A DNA stretch of 64,000 nucleotides from Myxococcota bacterium (GTDB taxonomy: Bacteria; Myxococcota_A; UBA796; SXON01): contig JAZKFH010000042.1 of NCBI GenBank assembly GCA_040386535.1, positions 32,001-96,000 of the forward strand, in the 5' to 3' direction. The notes below the pieces were generated by a model. It saw only the letters and a list, made by a program, of their open reading frames with translations, was not told the DNA's origin and did not search any database. Each line of letters opens with the position of its first letter. The stretch's first letter is position 1. Shown piece after piece: positions 32,675 to 43,461 of the stretch. Both the position numbers and the translations under genes were made by a program.

Positions 32675-34657
32675 GTGCTCCTCGCCCTCCTCGCCTGTAC
32701 CCCCCCTGCCCCCGCGCCCACACCCGGCGCCAACGTGCTCCTCGTCACGCTCGACACCGTGCGCGCGGACGCCCTGGGCGCCTACGGCAAGGTGGACGCG
32801 TCCACGCCGAGCCTCGATCGCCTCGCCCGCGAGGGCGCGCGGTTCGACAACGCGTATACGGTCACGCCGCTGACGATCCCGGCACACGCGACGATCTTCA
32901 CGGGCCTCTGGCCGCCCCGCCACGGGGTGCGCGACAACGGCGAGCTGTTCCTCGGAGAGGAGGCGAACACGCTCGCCGAGGTCCTCGCGGCCAACGGCTA
33001 CGCGACGATGGCGGCGGTGGGCGCCGAGGTCACCTCGCACCATTGGGGCTTTCAGCAGGGGTTCGACGCGTTCTTCGACCAGATGGGGCCCGGCGGCACC
33101 GGCGCGCGGCGGTGGGGGGTCGAGCGCCGGGCCGACAGCGTGGTGCGGGACGCCCTCGCGTGGCTCCGCCCCCGGATGGAGTCCAAGGCGAAGTGGTTCG
33201 GTTGGGTGCACCTCTTCGACGCGCACGACCCCTACCGGCCGCCCGAGCCCTACGCGACGACCTACGCCGATCGCCCCTACGCGGGGGAGGTGGCGTGGGT
33301 TGACGCGCAGGTGGGCGAGCTGCTCGCGGGCCTCGAGAAGGGCGGCGCCCTCGAGAACACCTGGGTGATCGCGGTGGCCGACCACGGCGAGTCGCTGGGC
33401 GAGCACGGCGAGGCCACCCACGGCGTGCTGCTCTACGAGGGCACCACGCGCGTGCCGCTCCTCGTGCGGCCCCCGACGGGGACCCGTTGGGTGCGCGACG
33501 GGGGCGCAGTCGTCCACGCGCCCGTCAGCCTCGTCGACGTGATGCCGACCGTGCTCGGCGCCCTCGGCGTTCCTGTCCCCGCCGGTCTGGACGGGAAGGA
33601 GCTGCTCGGGATGTTGGGGGGTACGGATGCCCCCTCCGACCGGGCGGTGTACGCGGAGAGCCTGTACGCGTGGCGTCACTTCGGGTGGGCGCCCCAGCAC
33701 CTGCTCGTCACGCCCACCCACGTGCTGCTCGACTCCACCACGCCCGAGCTCTACACCCTCGGCGACCACGCCCAGGCGACCGACCTGGCCGCCGCCGACC
33801 CCGCGACGCTCGCCGCCGTCAAGGAGCGCCTCGCGACGCTCCAGGCCACGATGACGCCGCTGCTCACGGCCGACCGCGCCTCCGCCGGCACCGCCGATCG
33901 TGCCGCGATGCTCGAAGCGCTCGGGTACCTCGCGGGCCAGAGCGAGGCCGGTCGGGACGCGACGGGCGCGCCGCTCGCGGGGCTTCCCAACCCGGTCGAT
34001 CGCATGCCGGTCTTGGTCGAGGTGGAGAAGGCGCGCACCGCCTACCGCGCGGGGGATCTCGCCACCGCCCGCCGCACCGCGGAGGCCGCCGTCGCCGCCG
34101 ATCCCGGCATCGTCGAAACCCAGATGCTCCTCGCCACCATCCTGTGGCGCACCGGCGATCTCGCCGCCGCGTGGGACGTGGCCGCCAAGGTCGACGCCGC
34201 GCGCCCCACCTCGCAGACCCGGCACCTCCTCGGCCTGCTCAAGCTGCGCCTGGGCAAGCCCGAGGAGGCCGTACTCCTCCTCGCGGACGCCGTGGTTCGC
34301 GACCCCACGTCCGCGGCCGCCAGCGAGACCTGGCTGCAGACCCTGCTCGTGCTCGAAGATCTCCCCGCCCTCACCGCGGGGGTCGCCACGGCGCGCACCC
34401 ACCTGCCCAACTCCGGCATCGTGCTCGGGCTCGACGGCGTAGCGCGCGCGCTCACCGGCGACACGACCGGAGCCCGCCCCCTCCTCGACGCGGCGATCGC
34501 GAAGCACCCGTACCAGCCGTTCGTGCACCACGCGCTCGGCGTGACCCTCCGCGCACAGGGCGACCTCCCCGGCGCGCGCGCCGCCTTCGCGGAGGAGGCG
34601 CGGCGGTTTCCCCCCGCGAGCGCGTCCCGGCGCGCCCTGGCGGAGCTCGGGCCCTGA
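32675..34657 (+). CDS. Sulfatase-like (alkaline phosphatase superfamily) hydrolase with C-terminal TPRs
   Basis: NVLLVTLDTVRAD, TP.LDRLA, LTIPAH, H.FDAH.PY, ADHGESLGEHGE; TPR-like helices. Confidence 0.88.
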   Translation: MLLALLACTPPAPAPTPGANVLLVTLDTVRADALGAYGKVDASTPSLDRLAREGARFDNAYTVTPLTIPAHATIFTGLWPPRHGVRDNGELFLGEEANTLAEVLAANGYATMAAVGAEVTSHHWGFQQGFDAFFDQMGPGGTGARRWGVERRADSVVRDALAWLRPRMESKAKWFGWVHLFDAHDPYRPPEPYATTYADRPYAGEVAWVDAQVGELLAGLEKGGALENTWVIAVADHGESLGEHGEATHGVLLYEGTTRVPLLVRPPTGTRWVRDGGAVVHAPVSLVDVMPTVLGALGVPVPAGLDGKELLGMLGGTDAPSDRAVYAESLYAWRHFGWAPQHLLVTPTHVLLDSTTPELYTLGDHAQATDLAAADPATLAAVKERLATLQATMTPLLTADRASAGTADRAAMLEALGYLAGQSEAGRDATGAPLAGLPNPVDRMPVLVEVEKARTAYRAGDLATARRTAEAAVAADPGIVETQMLLATILWRTGDLAAAWDVAAKVDAARPTSQTRHLLGLLKLRLGKPEEAVLLLADAVVRDPTSAAASETWLQTLLVLEDLPALTAGVATARTHLPNSGIVLGLDGVARALTGDTTGARPLLDAAIAKHPYQPFVHHALGVTLRAQGDLPGARAAFAEEARRFPPASASRRALAELGP

Positions 34658-34673
34658 CCGTTCCTCCCCTCCC

Positions 34674-36233
34674 CTACTTCGGGTTCGGCCGCCCCGCGGC
34701 GACCATCGCCCGCACCTCGTCGGGCCAGGCCTCCAGCCGCTCCACGGTCTGCGCGAGCTCGCCGTCGTGGACCGAGAGGGGAAACTCGCGGCGCGCGTCC
34801 TGCACGATCGCGGGGCGGAGCCGGGCCGCGCCCGCCAGCACCTCCTCCACGAGCCCGAGCGTGTCGAGCGTATCGGCCACCTCCACGAGGCGTGTGTCGT
34901 ACCGCGCGGCGCACACGTCCGATTCGAGGCACCACCGGAGGAGCTTGCCACGGCCCTCCCAGGCGTCCATCTGCACAACGTCGAACGTATTGTCGGCCCC
35001 CCACGGCAACAGGTCGAACCGGCCGGACTGGGGGTCATGGTACAGGCGATAGTTGTTGGTGTTCTTGTAGCCGTCCCAATGCAGCGCAAGGCGCTCGGTC
35101 GCGAGGTAGGTGAGCACCTGGTCCAGGTCCACCAACGTCTCGAGGTGGGCGATCCCGGCGGCGTCCGGCGGGGCCTGGAGCGCGTCGATGACCGCGGTCA
35201 GGTCGGCGCGATCGTCGGGATCGGGCCCCTCGTCGTATTCGAACCGCGCCTCGTGTCCCGGCACGAGATCGATCCCGTGCGAGCCCTCGTACAGCGCACC
35301 GGTCGGGTCGTCGTACCAACGTGCCAGGAACGTGTCGTCCACCGTCTCCACCAACAATGAAAGGCCGTACGCCTCTCCGTTCAGTGACACTGTCGCCCAC
35401 CCCACCCGCGGCGCCGGGACGCCGAGCGCCCGGAAGAACGTGTAGGTGAGGTGCTCGCGGAGGTAGGTCTCGTCCTGCACCATGTTGTTGAGCGTGAGGC
35501 TCTCCTGCCCGCGCCACCGCAGGCCGGCGAACGTGTCCAGATCGATCTTCCAGCCGGGCTTCTCGCCGATCTCGCGGCGCGATCCGTGCTCGGACTTGAG
35601 TCGCACCGCCACGGGCGCGTAGCGCAGCCCGTCCAACGTCACGGCGCCCTCCACCCACGTCAATCGGTCCACGCGGAGGCTCTCCACCGCGTCCGCGGAG
35701 AGCTCGATGCCCACGGCGTGGATCGCCCCTGGACCGAACGCGACCGCGCTCGGATCCAATGTGTCATCCGGCGCCGTTGGGTTGGCCGCGCCGGGGGTCG
35801 TCCACACGGTCAGCGCCCACTCGCCGCCGTCGGGGTGCCGCGCCCAGGCCACGTCGGGGTCGGGCGCGCCGAGCGCGAGCTGATCGAGCACGCCGGACGC
35901 GTCGGCGAGGGTGAGCGTCTCGTCCGCGCCGAGCCGGAACGGGGCTGCGGCGTCGAGCGGCACCAGCAGGCGTGCTCCCGGCGCCAGCGCGCCGTCGCCA
36001 TGCCAGATCCCCTCCCCGTCGCTGAGCGTCACCCCTTCCAACGGAGCGGGCGTGGTGCCGGGGTTGTACAGCTCTACCCAATCCGGAAACTGGACGCTCC
36101 CGTCGTCCCAGGTCGATTGGTTCCGCGGGAGGACCTCGTTCAGGACGAGCTCCCCGGCGCCGGTCGACCCGGCCGTGCCACGCGCCCCGTCCCCTCCTTC
36201 GGGGGGAGCGAGGCATGCCAACAAGTACAACAT
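34674..36233 (-). CDS. CotH-kinase-family lipoprotein with lamin-tail domain
   Basis: LNEV...DWVELYN (LTD); RLK..GSRR..KPGWKIDLD, LNNMVQD, HWDGY..NNYRLY..PWG.D (CotH). Confidence 0.88.
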   Translation of the reverse strand: MLYLLACLAPPEGGDGARGTAGSTGAGELVLNEVLPRNQSTWDDGSVQFPDWVELYNPGTTPAPLEGVTLSDGEGIWHGDGALAPGARLLVPLDAAAPFRLGADETLTLADASGVLDQLALGAPDPDVAWARHPDGGEWALTVWTTPGAANPTAPDDTLDPSAVAFGPGAIHAVGIELSADAVESLRVDRLTWVEGAVTLDGLRYAPVAVRLKSEHGSRREIGEKPGWKIDLDTFAGLRWRGQESLTLNNMVQDETYLREHLTYTFFRALGVPAPRVGWATVSLNGEAYGLSLLVETVDDTFLARWYDDPTGALYEGSHGIDLVPGHEARFEYDEGPDPDDRADLTAVIDALQAPPDAAGIAHLETLVDLDQVLTYLATERLALHWDGYKNTNNYRLYHDPQSGRFDLLPWGADNTFDVVQMDAWEGRGKLLRWCLESDVCAARYDTRLVEVADTLDTLGLVEEVLAGAARLRPAIVQDARREFPLSVHDGELAQTVERLEAWPDEVRAMVAAGRPNPK

Positions 36234-36317
36234 GACAGGGAGAACCTAAGCCCCTCGGAGGCGGCGAGGAGCCCGAGCTTCGGCCCCACCGAAGCCCCAC
36301 GGCTGGCCGCGGTCGGC

Positions 36318-36323
36318 TATCCT
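36318..36323 (+). promoter_or_regulatory. -10 box (TATCCT) of a probable leaderless promoter
   Basis: 6 nt upstream of ATG 36330. Confidence 0.55.
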
Positions 36324-36329
36324 TTGCGC

Positions 36330-37610
36330 ATGGTGCTCGCCCCGCTGCTCCTCGCCGGATGTGTGGACTACACGCTCGAGGCGCCGCGGTTTCCCGCCAT
36401 CGCCGTGAGCCCCGCGGTCCTCGCGCGCACGGGCGCCTGTGACAGCGAGCCCGCCACGCTCACCATCACCAACGAGGGCACCTCCGATCTGACGCTCACG
36501 TCGATCACGGTCGAGGGCGGGGTCGACCTGACGGCGCCCGCGCTGCCGCTCGTGCTCGAGCCGGACGCCGAGCTCGCCCTCACTTTTACGGTCGAGCCCG
36601 GCGCGGGCGTCGTCGGGATCACCAGCGACGACCCGGTGGAGCCCCTCGTCCTCGTCCCCATCACGGCCGAGGCGAACGTACACCCGGTCGTGACGATCCT
36701 CTCGCCCTACGAGGACGAGTGGATCGCGGCGGACGAGCCCTTCGTGCTCCTCGGCGTCGTCTCCGACACGGAGGACTCCGCCGCCGCCCTGGCCCTCGAA
36801 TGGCGCTCCAGCCTCGCCGGGACGGTGGGCGCGCCCGTGGCGGACGCCGACGGCACCGTGAGCACGGACTGGCCCGCGGACGAGCGCAGGAGCGGCCCCC
36901 AGACCATCGCGCTCCGCGCCACGGACGCCTGCGGCGCGGTCGGCGAGGCCACGCTCTTCTACTGCCAGGACGGCCCGTTCACGTTCGACGCGCTCGTGGC
37001 CGACGCGTGGCTGGTCACGTCCGCGGCCGTGGTCGACGCCACCGCCGGCCTCCTCACCCTCGGCGATGCCGCCGGGCCCGCCGTCGGCGCCGGCTTCGAC
37101 GCCTTCGCCCTGGTCAACGCCGACCGGGTCGACACGTCGTTCGACGTGCGGCTCACCGGGGAGGTCACCGGGTTCTCGCTCACCGCTCTTGACGCCGACG
37201 CGGGCTCGGGCTGGATCGGCGGCGACGGGTGCGGCCTCGGCTTCGGCGGCGGCGTGGCCTGCACGGGCGGCCCCGCGCTGCCCGGCTGGTCGCTCGCCTT
37301 TCCCGCCCCCGGCTCGGGCGCCCCGGCGTGTGTGGAGGGCCCCCTGGCGGCCTTCACGTTCAACGGCGACCTCACCTCCTGGGCCGCGTGCGCCGCCACC
37401 CCCTCGCTCGCGGACGGCGCGTGGCACACGGTCGCGGTGTCGATCGACGCGCCGCGCGTGACCGTGACGATCGACCGTGTCGTCGTCCTCGACGAGGACA
37501 TCGACGCCACCTGGGCGTTCCCCGCCTTCCTCGGCTTCACCGCGAGCACGGCGGGCCCGGGCACCGTCGAGATCGCCGCCCTCTCCGTCACCGACGAGCG
37601 CTGCGAGTAG
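36330..37610 (+). CDS. Lipoprotein with Ig-like domains and a C-terminal ConA/L-lectin-like domain
   Basis: MVLAPLLLAGC; ITNEG..L...SDDP; LADGAWHTV.V...LGFTASTA. Confidence 0.72.
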   Translation: MVLAPLLLAGCVDYTLEAPRFPAIAVSPAVLARTGACDSEPATLTITNEGTSDLTLTSITVEGGVDLTAPALPLVLEPDAELALTFTVEPGAGVVGITSDDPVEPLVLVPITAEANVHPVVTILSPYEDEWIAADEPFVLLGVVSDTEDSAAALALEWRSSLAGTVGAPVADADGTVSTDWPADERRSGPQTIALRATDACGAVGEATLFYCQDGPFTFDALVADAWLVTSAAVVDATAGLLTLGDAAGPAVGAGFDAFALVNADRVDTSFDVRLTGEVTGFSLTALDADAGSGWIGGDGCGLGFGGGVACTGGPALPGWSLAFPAPGSGAPACVEGPLAAFTFNGDLTSWAACAATPSLADGAWHTVAVSIDAPRVTVTIDRVVVLDEDIDATWAFPAFLGFTASTAGPGTVEIAALSVTDERCE

Positions 37611-37623
37611 CCGCGACCGGGCG

Positions 37624-38280
37624 CTACGGACACGCCCCGCTGCACGGCAGCAGCGCGTCGAACGCACCCGTGACCGTGCCGCCGCCGTCTTCCGCCGTCC
37701 ACTCCCCCGCGAGGGTGCCCGCGAGTGTGTACGTGTCTACGTCCACACGCGCGAAGCGGGTGAAGGCGAGGCGCCACGTCGTGGTCGTGCTGTCCGCCGC
37801 GCCGTAGGTCCACGTGCCATCCTCGTCGCCGAGGCCCCACGTCGCGCCGTCGGGAGCGGCCCAGTCGCCCTCGCCGCCGCGACTGAACGTGACGCCCACC
37901 CAGGGGCGCGCGCCCTCGGCGCGGTAACACCCGATGCTCCCGGCCACGTTGCCGAGCGCGTCGCTCCAGTAGCGGACGAACACGGTGTCGCCGTCGGCCT
38001 CGGTACAGTCCACGGCGAACGGGGCGCCCTTCCAGGTCCCCGCCACGTGCAGGGACCCGGCGAGCGGCGCGGTGCCGCCGGAGTCCGTGTCATCCGTGTC
38101 TGTGTCATCCGTATCGGTGTCATCCGCATCGGTGTCACCAGAGTCGGTGTCCCCATCGGTGTCACCCGCGTCCGTGTCCCCGGACGTGTCCCCCGCAGGC
38201 TTGTCCTCCGGCGGGGTGACACACCCGAAGGTGACGGCCGCGAGGAGCGCGCCGATGGCGAGGCGAGGCCCTACGGACAC
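37624..38280 (-). CDS. Hypothetical lipoprotein with Asp/Thr linker
   Basis: GTG 38280 overlaps the end of the upstream gene; VTFGC lipobox; GDTD repeats. Confidence 0.65.
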   Translation of the reverse strand: MSVGPRLAIGALLAAVTFGCVTPPEDKPAGDTSGDTDAGDTDGDTDSGDTDADDTDTDDTDTDDTDSGGTAPLAGSLHVAGTWKGAPFAVDCTEADGDTVFVRYWSDALGNVAGSIGCYRAEGARPWVGVTFSRGGEGDWAAPDGATWGLGDEDGTWTYGAADSTTTTWRLAFTRFARVDVDTYTLAGTLAGEWTAEDGGGTVTGAFDALLPCSGACP

Positions 38281-40256
38281 GCGATGTCGGCCCACGTGTC
38301 GGCGTTGTTGTCCTCGTCGCACTCGTTCACGGCGTCGATGCCGGTGCCATCGTCGTCGATCACGGCCGTGTAGCCATTCAACCCGATGTCGGCCGGGGTC
38401 AGCTCGATGGTGATGCCGTCGAGCATCGTGCCCGCGGGGATCTCGGGCAGCACGACCGTGGCGACGAGGCGAGGCACATCGTCCTCGGCGTACAACGAGA
38501 GGATCACCCCCGCGTCCACGTCGGAGCCGCCCTGGTTCGCGACCTGCACGCCCACCAGCACCGGCCCGTAGTCACAGTCCGCCACACACACTTCCCGGAT
38601 GCTCGCCACCAGATCGGGCGTGGACGGATCGTCCGCCGCGACGCGGGCCCGGTACACGTTGTACTTGAGCCAGGAGGCCTCGGGCACGGCGGGGACGCTG
38701 CCGTCCGAATTGATGTTGGTGATGGCGAAGTCGTGGGTGGCCCAGGTGCTGCCGGCCGCCGGCCAGCCGTCGCCGTTGTGCTCGAACGCCGCCGCGAGGC
38801 CCCACGTGGCGCCGTAGTTGCTCACCAGCACGATCTCGGTGTGCCCGTCGGCGTCGAGGTCGGCGACCACGGGGTACTCGAACACGGTGCCCGAGGCGTG
38901 GTCGTTGTTGACGTAGTTGGTCGCGCCGGTGCGCCCGTCGATGATCTTGAAGCTGTCCTGGTCGGCGAACAACACCTCGAGCGCGCCGTCGTTGTCGACA
39001 TCGTAGCCGGAGCAGCCGGCGAGGCCGGACGTGTCGTTCATCGGCACGGACCACACCGGCGTGCCGTCCAATTCGTACATCACGAGGGTCTGGTAGGCGG
39101 GCCACGCCACCTCGGCCACGCCGTCCCCGTCGAAGTCACCCGCGCAGGGGGGCCCGGGCTGGGCGGTGGCGCCGTAGCGGACGCTGTAGATCCGGGTGCC
39201 GTCGTCCTCCCAGAGCGTCCAGTTCTGGCCCACGAACCCGATCTCCGCCTCGTCGTCCGTGTCCGCGTTCAGGATGATGGGCCAGAAGCCGTACGTGCCG
39301 ACCTCTCCCGTCGACCAGAGCAGCGTGCCGTCGCTGTCGTAGGCGTTTCCGGTCATGAAGATCTCTTGATCGCCGTCCTGGTCCACGTCCGCCACCGCCG
39401 CGATGCGGTAGGGGTTCGACGTGCTCGCGTTCAAGCTGAACAACACGGTTCCGGTGGGGCCGTCGAGCACCAGATCGTCCGCGATGATCTCCGGCGTGCC
39501 ATTCCCGTCGAGGTCGGCGGTGCTGACCAGCGGGTACGAGGTGGAGGAGGGCGAGCGGGCAGCGGTCCACTTGAGCGTGCCGTCCCCCTCGAGCGCCATG
39601 GGGCGGGCCGAGGCGTCGAACGACACCACGTCGGGCCGCCCGTCGGAGTCGATGTCGGCGATGATCACGCCGCCCGTGGTGGTCGAGCCCGAGTACACCC
39701 ACTTCTCGGCGCCCGTGGCCCCGTCGATCGCGACGATGTGCCCGCGGCTGCCGAACGCGACGACCACCACCTCGGGGCTGTCGTTCTCGTCGATGACCCC
39801 GTCGCCGTTGTCGTCGTCCAGGTTGCCGATGACCGGCTGCGAGTAGCTGTTGGACGCGCTCGCGTCGACAGAGGGCGCGCGGAACGTCCACTTCGTACGG
39901 ACGCTCCAGGGGTCGGTCACGACGGTACCGCCGCCGCCCGTCGTGCCCTCGCACTCCTCGACGATGGCGACCACGCCCGCGTCTCCCACGTCGAGCACCG
40001 GGCACTCGGCGTCGAGGCAGTCGGCGCGGCCGTTGAGGTCCGCGTCGGGAAACCCTTCGTCGATCAGGCCGTCGCCGTCATCGTCGGCGCCGTTGCACAC
40101 CTCTTCGGTCGGCGGCACATCGGTGTCGTCGACGGGCGGATCGGTATCCGCCCCGGTGTCGAACGGCTCCGCCTCGGGCGGCTTGCCGTTGAGGCCGCTC
40201 TCGATGTTGCAGGCGGAGATGCTGGTCAGCACGAGGAGGAGCAGGTGGGGGCGCAA
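38271..40256 (-). CDS. FG-GAP/VCBS repeat lipoprotein with a MopE-like motif and C-terminal CARDB-like domain
   Basis: SISAC lipobox; EVCNGADDDGDG; ADLDGNG.PEI repeats; V.NQG...ECDEDNN. Confidence 0.82.
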   Translation of the reverse strand: MRPHLLLLVLTSISACNIESGLNGKPPEAEPFDTGADTDPPVDDTDVPPTEEVCNGADDDGDGLIDEGFPDADLNGRADCLDAECPVLDVGDAGVVAIVEECEGTTGGGGTVVTDPWSVRTKWTFRAPSVDASASNSYSQPVIGNLDDDNGDGVIDENDSPEVVVVAFGSRGHIVAIDGATGAEKWVYSGSTTTGGVIIADIDSDGRPDVVSFDASARPMALEGDGTLKWTAARSPSSTSYPLVSTADLDGNGTPEIIADDLVLDGPTGTVLFSLNASTSNPYRIAAVADVDQDGDQEIFMTGNAYDSDGTLLWSTGEVGTYGFWPIILNADTDDEAEIGFVGQNWTLWEDDGTRIYSVRYGATAQPGPPCAGDFDGDGVAEVAWPAYQTLVMYELDGTPVWSVPMNDTSGLAGCSGYDVDNDGALEVLFADQDSFKIIDGRTGATNYVNNDHASGTVFEYPVVADLDADGHTEIVLVSNYGATWGLAAAFEHNGDGWPAAGSTWATHDFAITNINSDGSVPAVPEASWLKYNVYRARVAADDPSTPDLVASIREVCVADCDYGPVLVGVQVANQGGSDVDAGVILSLYAEDDVPRLVATVVLPEIPAGTMLDGITIELTPADIGLNGYTAVIDDDGTGIDAVNECDEDNNADTWADIACP

Positions 40257-40326
40257 CGTTCGTCTCCGGAAGGGACACGAACGATAGCACTACCGCTGCT
40301 ACGACGCTTGCAGATCCGGCCGCGAC

Positions 40327-41439
<1,113 letters not shown>

Positions 41440-41531
41440 GGGAGCTCGTTCGGAACTCGGCGAGAGGTCAACCTTCCGCCTGCCGAGCGCGATGGGAGGA
41501 GAGCGCCTCATTCACACGAGGCTACGATTGC

Positions 41532-41560
41532 ACCTTATATCGAGATTGGCATTTCGTCAA
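41532..41560 (-). promoter_or_regulatory. Sigma70-type promoter of the DEAD-box helicase
   Basis: TTGACG-N17-TAAGGT in an AT-richer intergenic patch. Confidence 0.65.
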
Positions 41561-41654
41561 GACCCGCTACGACGTCGAGCTGACCGCGATCCCGGCCTTA
41601 TACACACCCAAACGTGGCGATTTGTGAGCCTCGAGTCGAACCTCGAGCGTGTCA

Positions 41655-42824
41655 TCATCGGCCACTCTGTGTCGCGCTCCGCAGGGCGCTGGCCGGGTGC
41701 TCCGCGAGCCCGCGGATCAGGCGATCCATCTCGGCCCAGGTGGTGTCCCACGAGCGCTCGCCCAGGAAGCGATCGACCCGACGCTGGCGCTCGGGATCGG
41801 CCCGTTCGGCCAGCGCGCGTTCGCACGCAGAGACGAACGTGGCGGCGTCGTCCGCCTGGTACACGAGGCCCGGCTCGCCGAACGAATCCCCCCGGTCCGC
41901 GGCGGACGTCGACACCACGGGAAGCCCGGCGGAGAGGTACTCCGCGGTCCGGGTGGGCGCAGAGTCCGGGGGCGCGTGCTCCTGCGTACCGTCGCCCCCA
42001 GGGCCCTGGATCCGCGCCAACGGGAGGATCCCGAGGTCGACGTGGGCCAGGTGGGCGGGCAGGTCCGCGTAGTCCCGCGGGCCGAACCAATGGAGGTTGG
42101 GAGATCGGGGGAGCGCGTGTGGAGCGAACCCCGACGTGGGCCCGATCATCACCCAGCTCCACATGGGCCGCCGGCGCGCCGCCTCGGCGAGGAGCGGCAG
42201 GTTCAGCCGCTCGTCGATGTCCCCGATCCAACACAAGCGCGGGCTCGGCAGGCCGCGGAGCGCCTCGGGCTCGGGGATCCCCGGCGTCCGCGCCTGGGCG
42301 AAGTGAGAGGTGTCGGCGCTCGACGGGAACAGGTGCACGCGCGGGTGGGACCGCCGGCGAGCCTCGAACAGGCGCCGACCGCTGGTGAACACCAGCGACG
42401 ACGCGGCGAGCAGGGCGTGCTCGCGCAGCAACAGCTCGGGAGACACGAAGTGGGCCGCCCAGAGCGCGTCCATGCAGTCGTACACGACCGCGCGCGGCTC
42501 GACCGCCTCCACCATCGGCAGCATCATGGGGGTGTAGAGCCACGCCACGGGCGCGTCGATGCCCTCGACCATCACCAGCTGCTCCAGGAGCGCCGCCAGG
42601 GCCTGCGCTGTCGCCAGGGGCGGGAGCCCGTCGGGGAGGTGGGGCACGCAGACCGCCACCCCGTCGGGCGTCACCGAACGCTGGAGGCGCGGCGCGGCCG
42701 CTCCGAACACCGGCTCCTCCACGAACCACACCCGCCGATCGCGCGCCGCCCGCCGCATGAGGTGGTGGGGCCGCTCATGGCTGCACCCCCAGCGAACGTG
42801 CGAAAAGCAGATGACGTCGTGCAT
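41655..42824 (-). CDS. GT-B fold glycosyltransferase (divergent)
   Basis: ICFSH.RW...RP.HL, VYDCMD, IDERL, EYL.AGLPVVST, SWDTTW. Confidence 0.8.
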   Translation of the reverse strand: MHDVICFSHVRWGCSHERPHHLMRRAARDRRVWFVEEPVFGAAAPRLQRSVTPDGVAVCVPHLPDGLPPLATAQALAALLEQLVMVEGIDAPVAWLYTPMMLPMVEAVEPRAVVYDCMDALWAAHFVSPELLLREHALLAASSLVFTSGRRLFEARRRSHPRVHLFPSSADTSHFAQARTPGIPEPEALRGLPSPRLCWIGDIDERLNLPLLAEAARRRPMWSWVMIGPTSGFAPHALPRSPNLHWFGPRDYADLPAHLAHVDLGILPLARIQGPGGDGTQEHAPPDSAPTRTAEYLSAGLPVVSTSAADRGDSFGEPGLVYQADDAATFVSACERALAERADPERQRRVDRFLGERSWDTTWAEMDRLIRGLAEHPASALRSATQSGR

Positions 42825-42870
42825 GGACCCTCCCCCCGTAAGGTAGGGCCCGCGCGCCGCCGGGGAACCG

Positions 42871-43209
42871 TCAGAAACCGAGGAGGCAGGCCCCGAGATC
42901 GATGTCGTCGCAATCGTCGTACACCAGACCGACGTCGCCCAGCGCCTCGCCCACGTCGTCACAATCGGCCGCGCGGGCCGCGGCGAGGTACTCGGAGGCG
43001 CCCTGCCCGTCGAACTCGCAGTTATCGTTGTAACAATCGACGAGATCCTCGTAATTGTCCGCGTTCTCGTCGAAACACTCCCCCTGATCGTCGTAGTTGG
43101 CTTCGAAGTCGGCCTTCTGGCATTCCTCGGAGCGGGCGCAGACAAGCGCCACGGACTTGTCGGAGAAGTTGCCTTCGGTGACGCAGGCGAGCAGGAGCAG
43201 GAGCGACAT
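42871..43209 (-). CDS. Small Cys-rich acidic lipoprotein
   Basis: MSLLLLLAC; GAGG RBS; fills the gap between the GT gene and pntA. Confidence 0.7.
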   Translation of the reverse strand: MSLLLLLACVTEGNFSDKSVALVCARSEECQKADFEANYDDQGECFDENADNYEDLVDCYNDNCEFDGQGASEYLAAARAADCDDVGEALGDVGLVYDDCDDIDLGACLLGF

Positions 43210-43461
43210 GAGAGACCTCGGTCGCTCGTCGTGTAGCACCTCCGGCGGGTGGAGCGCCACCGCCGACCCCCTCGCCGCCCCCTTCGCAAGGAGCGCGCAA
43301 GCCCCCGCGGAGCGCACGGACGCCCGTCCGGAGGCCAATCGTCGCCGTCGTGGCCCTTTCGTCGGCTCGCCTCGCGCTTGGTCCAAGGGGTACGACGCGC
43401 TACGCTCCCGCCGCCGCGTCAGCCACATGCCGCGACAGCACCGTTTCGAGGCAGACGCGCG

